DNA from: Octopus vulgaris
Lineage: Eukaryota
Length of the DNA: 64,000 nucleotides
Assembly: GCA_951406725.2 (NCBI GenBank)
Contig: OX597824.1
Location: 61,876,001 to 61,940,000 of the forward strand
Reading direction: 5' to 3'
The notes beneath the pieces were generated by a model that was not told where the DNA came from, searched no databases, and worked only from the letters and a program-made list of their open reading frames with translations. Numbering within the stretch: the first letter of the stretch is position 1; the number at the start of each line of letters is the position of its first letter. Of this stretch, positions 1-10,825 are shown piece by piece. A program made the translations under genes and the position numbers.

Positions 1-51
1 TCTCTTTGAATAATTTATTTCAAATTCATAAAGTGTAAGCTGCTTTTAATA

Positions 52-190
52 ATGATTTCAAATTTTGGCTCAAGGCCAGCAAGTTCAAGAAAGGGAATAA
101 ACGGCGGAATTTGAACTCAGAACGTAGCGACGAGCTAAATACCGCTTAGCGTGTCGTCCAGCATGGTAACGATCCTGCCAGCTCGCTGCC
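52..190 (-). mobile_element. tRNA-derived SINE, internally deleted copy
   Basis: Minus strand reads GGCAGCGAGCTGGCAGGATCGTTACC...TTCTGAGTTCAAATTCCGCC (A/B-box-like head); same family recurs at 1423-1820, 36240-36420 and 36470-36680. Confidence 0.75.
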
Positions 191-198
191 TTCGAAAC

Positions 199-235
199 AT
201 AGTTGTAGTAGTAGTAGTAGTAGTAGTAGTAGTAC

Positions 236-274
<39 letters not shown>
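199..274. repeat. (TAG)n-(TAA)n compound microsatellite
   Basis: Directly visible. Confidence 0.95.
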
Positions 275-276
<2 letters not shown>

Positions 277-832
277 GCCCTGATGCAGTACCAGGCAGTG
301 GCTCTCATGGCTTCTGATCTTAACTGATTGGAAGTGTTATCATGTACATTGTTTTGTCTTGGTATAAAAGATGGGCTACAGCAAATATTCTGCTCAATAC
401 CACAGATTTGCTTGTCAGTTGTTTGACCTTAACCAGTTGACCATGTCCCTTAGTGGCTGACGATATGTGCGTCTCTGATCACGAGAAGAAGTAGTGGAGG
501 AGCATCATAGCCATGTGTTGAGAGGGATTCTTTGGGGTTTGAATAATTCACCTCTGGAAACCTGGGTGGTTCTTTCAACATCCTTAAACAACCCTTATTC
601 AGGGACCTTTTGAGCGGGATGGGCTACTCAACCTGAAGAAAATTCTAACTGGGCTCCACCTGCAAGGTCATGTGCTGTTTATCTTGATATGAGATCACCA
701 TGTCGCGCACATATGGTTGTGATGCATGTGCCTGGTGTACCCTTATCAGACGGGTAGTCATGATGGGTATATTGGGCTTCGTATATTTTACCCCAGTGTC
801 ACTTTGATGGCATGCACTGCTCTCTCACTCAA
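275..832 (+). mobile_element. ~560-bp non-coding element inserted in (TAA)n, copy 1 (putative non-autonomous retroelement)
   Basis: Begins TGCCCTGATGCAGTACCAGG, ends CTCTCTCACTCAA, flanked by (TAA)n on both sides; diverged second copy follows immediately and a 3' fragment lies at 62224-62358. Strand is inferred from the (TAA)n tail. Confidence 0.75.
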
Positions 833-850
833 TAATAATAATAATAATAA

Positions 851-1410
851 GTGCCCTGATGCAGTACCAGGCAATGGCTGTCATGGCTGCTGATCTTAAC
901 TAATTGGAAGTGTTATCATGTACATTGTTTTGCCTTGGTATAAAAGATGGGCTACAGCAAATATTTGCACAGTACCACAGATTTGCTTGTCAGTTGTTTG
1001 ACCTTAACCAGTTGACCATGTCCCTTAGTGGCTGACGATATGTGCGTCTCTGATCATAAGCAGAAGTAGTGGAGGAGCGTCATAGCTATGTGTTGAGAGG
1101 GATTTTTGGAGGTTTGGATAATTCGCCTTTGGATACATGGGTGCTTTCTTTCAACATCCTTAAACAATCCTTCCTCAGGGACCTTTTGAGCGGGATAGGC
1201 TACTCGACCAGAAGAAAATTCTAATTGGGCCCCATCTAAAAGGTCATGTGCCGTTTATCTTGATATGAGATCACCATGTCGCGCACATATGGTTGTGATG
1301 CATGTGCCTGGTGTACCCTTATCAGACGGGTAGTCATGATGGGTATATGGTGGGCTTCATATATTTTACCCCAGTGTCACTTTGATGGCATGCATTGATC
1401 TATCACTCAA
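851..1410 (+). mobile_element. ~560-bp non-coding element inserted in (TAA)n, copy 2
   Basis: Colinear with 275-832 over its full length with scattered substitutions; separated from copy 1 by a short (TAA)n run. Confidence 0.75.
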
Positions 1411-1422
1411 AAATAATAATAA

Positions 1423-1820
1423 TCCTTTCCATTATAGGCACAAGGCATGAAATTTGGGGCGGAAGATAGTCGGTTACAGCGACTGCAGTACTCAACTGGT
1501 ACTTAATTCATCGACACCGAAATGATAAAAGGTAAAGTCGACCACGGAGTAATTTGAACTCAGAGGGTAGCGATAGGCGAAATACCTATTTCTTTACTAC
1601 CCACAAGGGGCTAAACACAGAGGAGGCCATCAAGGGTAGACAGACGGATTAAGTCGATTTTATTGACCACAGTGCGTAACTGGTACTTAATTTATCGATC
1701 TCGAAAGGATGAAAGGCAAAGTCGACCTCGGCGCAATTTGAACTCAGAACGTAACGGCAGGCGAAATACGGCTGCGCATTTCGCCCGGCGTGCTAACGTT
1801 TCCGCCTGCTCACCGCCTTA
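1423..1820 (-). mobile_element. tRNA-derived SINE, two adjacent or nested copies
   Basis: Minus strand GGCGGTGAGCAGGCGGAAACGTTAGCACGCCGGGCGAAATG...TTCTGAGTTCAAATT...GTCGACTTTGCCTTTCATCCTTTCG...AATTAAGTACCAGTT, with the body present twice. Confidence 0.8.
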
Positions 1821-1893
1821 CATACTAATGATAGTGATGATGATGATGATGATGATGATAATAATAATGATAATAATAATGATAATAATAATG

Positions 1894-1938
<45 letters not shown>

Positions 1939-1940
<2 letters not shown>

Positions 1941-2280
1941 AAAACACTACCTGTTGTCATAGGTGCCCTGGGAATGATAGCAAAAGGGGCTGATCGCTAC
2001 CTAACTCAGATTCAGGGAAATCCCAAAATGGCAGAAATTCAAAAGATAGTGCTCATGGGAACTGCTCATATCCTACGCAAAATACTTTCTATGTAATCTC
2101 AAGTTTTAAAACAAACATAATTTTATTTTTGACATTTACTAGTACAACACTAAATACAAAACCAAATATATGGCACACTAGGCATAACAACATCACGAAC
2201 TTCCAACCTGTTGTCTCTTGAGGTCTATGGGTGAGACTTGGTGCCAACTTGTACAAATGTAAAGCAAAAGTCAAACATAG
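1939..2280 (+). mobile_element. 5'-truncated R4/Dong-type non-LTR retrotransposon (RLE C-terminus and 3' UTR) between (TAA)n tracts
   Basis: Translates as KTLPVVIGALGMIAKG...IQKIVLMGTAHILRKILSM*, matching the C-termini at 4760 and 25803; followed by UTR and (AAT)n. Confidence 0.85.
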
Positions 2281-2299
2281 AATAATAATAATAATAACT

Positions 2300-2348
<49 letters not shown>

Positions 2349-2522
2349 GGAAAGCCTTCTTTTTTCTGTCGCGGGCTTATATATCTTTTTATTAGACTAT
2401 TTTCTTTAGCCATTGCTTTATGCTTATATAAAAATACCACAATTATTTTTTACAGGATTGTAAACTCGGCGCCGTATAAAAGACCATTCACACCGAAATA
2501 ATAATAACAATAATACTAATAC

Positions 2523-2564
<42 letters not shown>

Positions 2565-2569
2565 GAATG

Positions 2570-2630
<61 letters not shown>

Positions 2631-2632
<2 letters not shown>

Positions 2633-4812
2633 GTGTTCAAAGCAACTGGATCAACAGATTTGGTGAATGCCATGCACGAATAGCTGCGCAACTCTACACC
2701 TTGTTAAATGCCGACCAAGTAACACCAAAGTGATTGACATTGGGTAGGACAGTGATGTGCCTGAAAACATCGAAAAAGGCAATACAGTAGACAATTACAG
2801 ACCGATATCCTCTTTGCCACTTATGTGGAAGTTATTGATTGGAATACTCGCAGAGTCAATCTACGAACATCTAGGAAAAAATGAAATCCTGCCACAGGAG
2901 CAGAAGGGCTGCAAGCGTAAGTGCAGAGGTACCAATGATCAACTCCTGATAGATAAAATTGTACTGAGAGACTGCAAGAGGAAGAAAAGAAACTTAACCT
3001 TGTCATAAATCGACTATTGTAAAGCGTACGATATGATCCCACATTCCTGTATTATGGATTATGAACCTATTTGGTATTGCATCGAATGTTGAGTGATTGC
3101 GTGGAAAAAGAACGGCAAATTGGAGGACGGACCTGATAGCAAACGGAAGAAGTTTAGGGACAGTAGAGATTAGGACGGGTATCTTCCAAGTACAAAGATC
3201 AGTGTCCCTACAGATCTTTGTACTGTGCTTGATACCACTAACAATGATTCTGAGGAAAGCAAAAGCTGGGTATGTAGTCAAAAGCCGCCAACAAAATATC
3301 GAGCATTTGTTATTCATGAATGATCTCAAACTTTATGGTAAAGATGAAACCCAAGTCAGTTCCCTCGTTGATACAGTGTATACCTTCAGTGCTGATATCA
3401 GAATGGAGTTTGGACGGAGAAAGTGTGTGATATTCTTGAAAAAAGGCAAAATCAAAAGTATGAGCGGGCCAGCGATACCATCGGGGGAGGTTATGAAGCA
3501 GACAGAAGAGACGGGCTACAGGTACTTGGGGATTTTGGAAATGGATAAATTGTTGGAGAAAGAAATGACAGAAAAATTTAAGGTGGAGTGCTTGCACAGA
3601 CTGAGACTAATCCTTATGTCGGAATTTAATGGACAGAATAAGATCGAAGCTATCAACACCTTGGCAGTTTCACTCCTTAGATATGGAGCAGGGGTAATCG
3701 CATGGACAGTAGAGGAATTAAACAGCTTAGACAGAAAGACAAGGAAGTTGCTAACTAGAAATGGGTCATTCCACCCAAAATCTGCAGACAGTCAGTATTT
3801 ACCAAGAAAGTAGGGGGAAGAGAACTTATTGGATGCGAACACAGCAGTAGAGCAGAAGATAAAAACATAGCATGGTATGCAAAAAATGCCACGGACCGCT
3901 ATTATTAGAAGTAAGAAGGTCAGGTTTGTGTAGGTTAAAAGATTGCAAAGAAAAAGTAATATACAAGAAATTGATAACGAATGAAACTGAAAATAGGTGG
4001 GTAAAGAAAAGAATGCATGATCAATTTCATATGGATGTTGAAGATATGACCAACAGAGAAAAAAGAAGCCTGTGGATGACAAAAATTGTTTAAAACCGGA
4101 AACGGAGACTCTAATCTATGCTGTCCAAGAGCAAGCACTAAGAACAAACTACATACAATCCAAAATATACAACACAGCAGAAAGTGATAATGCAGAATCT
4201 GTGAACAAAACGGTGAAACCGTATGGCATATTACCAGCTAACGTATGCCACTAGCCCAGAAGGAATATAAGAGACGCCACAACCATATAGCCAGGCTTGT
4301 CCATTGGACACTTTGCAACAAGTATGGACTTCACAGATCAAAAACTTGGTACGACCACAAACCTGAAGGCATCATCGAAAATAGAAATGCAAAGATCCTA
4401 TTGGATTTTATGATTCACTGCGACCATGAGATAGAGAACAGGAAGTCGGACATAGTCTTAATTCTGAAAGAAAACAAATTATGCTGGACCATAGATATAG
4501 CATGCCCAGCCGACAACAAGGTATGCGATAAGAAAGAAAGAAAAGTCGGGAGATATGACAGGTTAGATTGGGAATTTAAGCAGTTGTGGTCGATGAAAAA
4601 GATAGCAGTAGTAGCAATAATTGTCGGATCCCTGGGAACAATGAGAAAAAATCTCGAGACGTACGTGGAACAAATAGGGGATGCAATAAGGGTGGAGCAC
4701 TTGCAGAAAACAGCACTGCTTGGAACCGCTGGAATACTCCGGAAGGTGCTCGAAAAATAAGAGGTGTTACATTAGTTCACTGGTAGTGAACAGCTGAATA
4801 TGTAGTACATCT
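2631..4812 (+). mobile_element. R4/Dong-type non-LTR retrotransposon, 5'-truncated and frameshifted (RT, CCHC, restriction-like endonuclease)
   Basis: [52 protein letters not shown]; CRICEQNGETVWHITS zinc knuckle near 4190; RHNHIARLVHW, RKSDIVL..IDIACP..K RLE motif; ends LLGTAGILRKVLEK* at 4760; starts directly after (TAA)n. Confidence 0.9.
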
Positions 4813-6600
4813 CGCGCCACTACGATAGTGTGTGTGTATCTTCATTGGCTCTTATGCTGTAAATACCAATATGAAGTATCAGAGAACGGGTATAAGCATG
4901 TATCAAGTTAAGTTATGCAGGAGGATAACAAAATTTTAACAAAAAGTCTCTAGTGTAGATATCAGTAAATCACGGTTATCCCGATCACGGGGGAATGAGA
5001 ACTCTCCACATCATTTTCATTCCGTCCATAGGCACATGCTTAAAGTAGGCCTGTTTTCTCGGACCGTTCTTGCAACTGCCACCCAGCTTTTAACATTTCT
5101 GTGAGGCAGGTCTTCCCTATCTAGCTTTACCTACTTTTTCACGGAAAACTTGAAACAGTTGATGAAGTCCTAGCCAAAGAGGAAGGTATCTGTCTACCCT
5201 TTCAATTTTGTTACTACCCATCTTATTTTGTTAAGGACATCAGACAAAGAAACACTTCCTGTCCTTCCCGGCTAAAATAATGTGACAAGACGACTTACCG
5301 TCATAACAGACTTAGCTTATACTCGGATCCGTCCTACACGCGACAATAAGTGTTTGACATAAACCCTCAAGTGATCACTGCCTGGGCACTAGATTAAAGC
5401 GTTCGGAACAGTTTCTTCCTCAGAGCAGTGCACAATTTGGCAAGCCCATCTAATCGCAGATACCTATCCGTAGAATTTATCCCGAATCGGCAATTCTCCG
5501 CCCCGCTCCACACACCGGTAGCATTGCTAGGCAAAGGATTTTTGGAAATTAATCACAGGCTCCGGTTCGAAGTCTTCCGTGACAGACAAGCCACTTGATT
5601 TTCGTCGACGCCCCGAGCCTCCCTGAGGTCCCTCGCCTCAGTCAACGCTTGATCCAGGACTGCAGTTTAGTCAAAGAGAGTAGGTTTGGAAAATCATGTC
5701 TGACAAACAGTAACGACACTTGCTTACCATGAAAGAACTTCTGCAGATGTCGTAGCTTCATCATATGTCTACGCATTAGCAGACACAGCTTCCCTAACTT
5801 TCCATTTAGTGAGTGTTAACAGGAAATGGATCGCCTGATGAGTGGAACTCATCCCTCTCACAGAAAATGGAAGGGTATACGATCAAGCTTAATCATGCTT
5901 AAAATGGGGCAAACACGACTTTCAGGCAGTAATACCTAACAGAGGTGATGCAAGCATTCACAAACTTTGCCCAGTCTTTCAGAGTTCGATTTCTCGCGGC
6001 CTATTTCTGGGTGAAATTGGCTAACCTGCTGGTCACTTCTACACATTTCTTCTCCACCTGGAGTTCCGGAAAGAACCAGACACCAAGCAGTTTAACTGCT
6101 CCTTCCGTCTAGCGTCTCACGACGTTATTGGACGTCATGGATCTGCCACTCCAGGAGCCGAGCTGCAAGCTCACTGACTTTTCTTGGCAATGTTTTGCTC
6201 CTCTCACCTTTTAGAGCACTTTTATAGCCCTGCCGATCAGGTCAACGTACCTGGTGTTCGATAATGTGACGCTGACCTCGTCAGCATATGCTTCCACACC
6301 CTAGTTTGCGTGGGATGCTTCTCAAGCCTCCAGTTTCCGCAGTAACGGTTCTCTAGGATCTGTAGACATATTAGGGACGAGAGGGAACACCTTTGACGCA
6401 CCGAGTGCATGATGCTGAATGGTTTCGGTAGGTAACCAATCTCCTAACTACCGAACGGATGTCACTGTACATTGTGGCGATCCATCCACGGAAAATAGGA
6501 CCGTAACCGGCCGCCGTGAGAACGGCCGCTAAGTATCGACCCTGGTCGAAGTTTCATCCAAATTGTCAGGCCTCCACCATACCAGCTTCTTTACCTACTG
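4813..6600 (-). mobile_element. L1/Tx1-type non-LTR retrotransposon remnant (RT to C-terminal zinc finger)
   Basis: Minus-strand fragments: YLAAVLTAAGYGPIFRGWIATMYSDIRSVV, SVRQRCSLS, EPLLRKLE, AYADEV, EGAVKLLGVWFFPELQVEK, CSEEETVPNALI*C; many stops and frameshifts. Confidence 0.8.
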
Positions 6601-7559
6601 GTGGTAGTTGCGGATTGTTCTGCTGGGGAGGGCACGTGCTTTCGCATCACCAATTAGTTTTTGCTGCGTAAACATCTTTGTTAAAATCTTGGTCAAAATT
6701 TTGTACTCTACATTTAGATTACGGTCCAAAAATCGTTATCGGCTGAAAAGTTTCTATTTGATCCTCGTTGTTTGGACCTACCTCAGAGCGGCCTCTGCTT
6801 CTCGACTCACAAAACTAGGAATTCTTCTGTTCCGCTGCCATTTGTGGTAGTTATTTGGAAAGTGACCCCAAAACAAATCTTTCATATAAAAAGTAAAGAT
6901 CATCCTGTAGATCATCCAAACAAGGCTATTTGCATACACATACAAATAAACGTAGATAAATCCACACACAAACGCGAAAACACGCATATAGATTCACACA
7001 TGTACACACAATTATATACACAAAGGCACACACACACAAACACAATCATGTACAGTATAACGTTATTTTCTTATCACTCATTACTTTTAAAAGAATTGAT
7101 TGTTACGAGAATGCTATAGGTACAAGATCTAAAAAAAAAGTCATATAAAAAGTTATAGAGGAATTTGAAACAGGAAACGAGGAAAAGAAAGTTACAAGCG
7201 CAAATTAGATTTAACATTACAATACAAGCTGAAATATATAGATGAAGGAAATGCGAAAAGTTAGTCTTGTCAAATTATTTTAAGCTTAAATGAAGTTTGA
7301 ATAGAGTTTGAAATAGAAATGAAATGGTATTAGATAATCTTATATATATTTTGTATATCTGTACATGAGTTTTCTTTCGAGAAAACGTCTCTGCATAGTT
7401 CTGTGAAAGATGTTTTGAAATACGACAGGCTACGCTGAGGATTTTCAGATACTTGCATTCTGCAAGTATTAATAATGAAATCATGATACATGTTAAACGT
7501 TTTATTTTGTAAATTTTCATTTTCCTTGCTTATTTTTTACATTTTGGCGTTTGCATATT

Positions 7560-7722
7560 TTTTTTACCTGAGAACACACTCTTTGTGGTAGGGCAATTTG
7601 ATGTATATCTCTAGCGTACAGGAGACCACTTTAGTGGTCATTCCTTTTATTAATTGTAATATAATTTTTAAATCTTCGAATTTTTTTGAATATGCTAGAC
7701 CACTGTTTTAAATTGATGTATA

Positions 7723-7728
<6 letters not shown>
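7560..7728 (-). repeat. Dispersed repeat, putative Penelope-like terminal (pLTR) fragment
   Basis: Shares CAGTGGTCTAGCATA...ATAARAGGRATGACCACTAA with 13765-13860, 14190-14350 (adjacent to a PLE ORF remnant) and 53150-53330. Confidence 0.5.
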
Positions 7729-7770
<42 letters not shown>

Positions 7771-7773
<3 letters not shown>

Positions 7774-8638
7774 GATGCGATGGGTAAATTGTTGCCTATT
7801 TTAGATTTTTTTATTTCGCTCATGCACGTTTTTTCTTGATTTTGTCGAATACACAGTATAGTAGAGTAAATTTGGTACCGTCTGTGAGAAATACAGCACC
7901 ACGATGCAATTCACTCTACCAGAAAAGTGGAAAAGACATGCTCTACTGCTTGGCATTCGCGCCGGAAGCTCCAATACGAACATTTCAGAGTATTGGGGTG
8001 TCAATCCGAGGCCAGTGCAATCTGAGGACATGTATCGAGAGTGATAAAAATAAAAGGCCCTGTCAACATGGTGTCTGGAGTGAACACTAGTGATGACGAC
8101 GTTTTACCACCATTCATCTTCCCGCACGACCTCAGACTCAATACGATGGCCTACATCAAGTGCCTGGAGGCGGTAGTGCTGCCCTGCCTGAAGAGGATGT
8201 CTGCTGGAAGACCCTATGTCTGGTAACAGGACTCTGCACAATGACACACAAGCAAGAGAACCCAGTCATGGCTGTCAGACAATTTCTCCGACCACATCAC
8301 ACCTGCCATCTGGCCATCTAACTCCCCAGACTGTAACCCGCTTGATTATTATAAGTGGGCGCATTTGAGCGAGAGACTAACAAAACCTCTTGTAAAAACA
8401 ATGATGCACTGAAGGCAAGTATTATGGCAGCATTCACCAACTTAAAAAAGGAGGCCATACAGAAAAGTTGCGGGAGATTCCGAAGTGGTTGAAGTCAATG
8501 GCCATTTTATTGAATACATTTACTCATTAGTAGTTCGAGATATTTTTAATGTAATTTTCGTAAATATATCTGTTAAAATAACATGTCATTGGTATTTTCA
8601 TATTTGTGTAATTTAGACTACAGTTTATTCACCGCACC

Positions 8639-8641
<3 letters not shown>
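7771..8641 (+). mobile_element. Tc1/mariner-superfamily DD37D (maT-type) DNA transposon, internally deleted
   Basis: Imperfect TIRs CAGGATGCGATGGGTAAA / TTTATTCACCGCACCCTG within (TA)n; remnant QDSAQ*HTSKRTQSWLSDNFSDHITPAIWPSNSPDCNPLDYY has 37 residues between the second and third catalytic Asp. Confidence 0.88.
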
Positions 8642-8695
<54 letters not shown>

Positions 8696-8761
8696 TATAT
8701 ATGTATGTATATATATGACTATATATATATATACATATATATATATATGTATGTATATATA

Positions 8762-8817
<56 letters not shown>

Positions 8818-8822
<5 letters not shown>

Positions 8823-9055
8823 GAGGGGTACTATTATTCATAGGTACCGCACGCTAGGAAGGACTCATGCAGTCAAAACTACTAAAAAAAACAAATTTTA
8901 CCGAATGCAAAACTTCAAAGCAAGTCATTTAAAAACAGAATTTAGTTACATATCACCTGTGATTTCGCATTCAACGCAGAATATGCATTCTATTCTCTGA
9001 AGAGCATAGAATGCATAATAGTACCCTCTATATGAATAATAGTACCCTCTATATG
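8818..9055. repeat. Fold-back fragment with terminal inverted repeat and a scrambled hammerhead motif
   Basis: TAGAGGGGTACTATTATTCATA (8821-8842) is inverted as TATGAATAATAGTACCCTCTA near 9031-9051; internal 12-bp palindrome arms 8982-8993/9006-9017 surround CTGAAGA. Confidence 0.6.
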
Positions 9056-9207
9056 ATATAAATAAATATTTTCAAGGTGGAAAAAATTACAGATTTTCTC
9101 GTTTACGAGGTTTTTCACGCTAACTACTGATAATTTCTTATAAAGATTTTATCCTTAATTTTAAATATATATACCCAAGGAAAAAAGCAACAATAATGGA
9201 TTAGTAG

Positions 9208-9294
9208 TTTAGTACAATTGTTTCGTACCAAGAACATTTTATTTAAAGCTGCAAATATTGCAGCAAATACAATGTCCAGTATTCATCAGCTAAA
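9208..9294 (-). ncRNA. Type I hammerhead ribozyme (minimal stem III, long stem II)
   Basis: Minus strand: TTTAG-CTGATGA-[ATACTGGACATT...GCTGCAA TAT TTGCAGC...AATGTTCTTGGTAC]-GAAA-C AATT G-TA-CTAAA; stem I TTTAG/CTAAA, GUA triplet, palindromic ACAATTGT; first stem II pair is A.C. Confidence 0.8.
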
Positions 9295-9576
9295 TCACAT
9301 ATATGTGTTCCAGACATCCTAGAGAATGTAACTATCCATATGAAGTATTAAGAGTTCTATGAATTTGAAGCCAGACTTAAAATGTTTCCTAATAATGCAC
9401 AGTTTTTTAAAAAAAAGTTTTTAAAATGTTTGTTAACTTCTCATAGAAGGTAAATCCATCCATAAAGATGCAGATATAAATATAAATTCCAGGAGACATA
9501 AGGAAAGCTGTTGGTCACACATCGGTCCATTTCACATCTAAACTGTTGGAGACAGAATTTGGTTGTAGTAGCAAAA

Positions 9577-9629
<53 letters not shown>

Positions 9630-10757
9630 ATTTGATATAAGATCTATAATTAAACAGAAAACGTCTAGTTTATCAAGCTATGTACGATCTCAAAAGATTG
9701 ATAAAATAACCCAGCACATTAATACGTTTCCCATTGGTGTTTTAGGTTTTGAATATATTTCACATATAAATACAAATTCACATCAGGCATTCATATACAG
9801 TTTTGATTAGAATTGTTAATAAGAGACAGATATATTACATATTCAATGTTAAATAATTTCTCGAAATGCGTGATTGAAACATTAGATCAAATTTGGCTGA
9901 ATAAATAAATATTTTATCAAGTAGGAGCAAATTTAATTTCCATTATCCAATATAAAATAAATGTTTATTAATTGAATTGATAACCATTCAAACCTACACG
10001 TTTTTGCCGATAAGAAACACTTCTAAATATTCCGACAATATATCTCACAAAACCTGATTGACGTCAACATATTGCAACGCCAAATGAAATAAATTTTGTT
10101 ATGATTGCAATTATTCAGAAAATATATGGAAAATATAAATATTTCAAACTGAAGTTTTGGGGTCAGTAGATGGTTGATTTCAAACAGTGATTGCAATCAG
10201 GTGTGAGAATTCAGTATCTAGCCCCTTATCATTTGGTTTATCACATTTGCCTGGCTAGAAAATTCACTGAATACCCATACGAAAGGAGTTATGGGATATG
10301 GATTTAATAAATGCTAGCCAAATATGATAAAACTGTAATTGAGTAGAAAGCGCATTTGCGAATGACATATTTCCTATAGTTTCACTAAACAAAATATTAT
10401 GATAAAAATAATTTTATAAAGCCTAAATTTAGAAATATCTACGTAGACTACAAATAAACAATTTGAGATATTATGTTGATGTTGATAATTTTTCTCAAAA
10501 AATGCAAACAAAAAAAACACTTCACAAAATCAAAACATGAAAAACAGGTAATATATTTTGAGAAAATCTTTGATTTATTTATATCATGTCTTTTGTCAGC
10601 TAAGTGGCATTCAGAACTCTAAATATGAAAGTTTTAGTTTCAAATATTGATCTTTCGGATCAATATGTATGCAAAATTCACACATGTATACTTATACAAA
10701 TATGGGTACAGTTGTGGGCATATAAATATAAATAAATATTTACACACACGCACACGC

Positions 10758-10825
<68 letters not shown>

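Noticed and set aside
450-515. CTGACGA inside the 560-bp element as a hammerhead or twister core
   Set aside because: It lies in a hairpin with no GAAA box after stem II, and I could not fit twister or HDV-like consensus elements.
5825-5860. CTGATGAG hairpin in the Tx1 remnant
   Set aside because: Simple hairpin in antisense retrotransposon coding sequence with no properly placed GAAA or stems.
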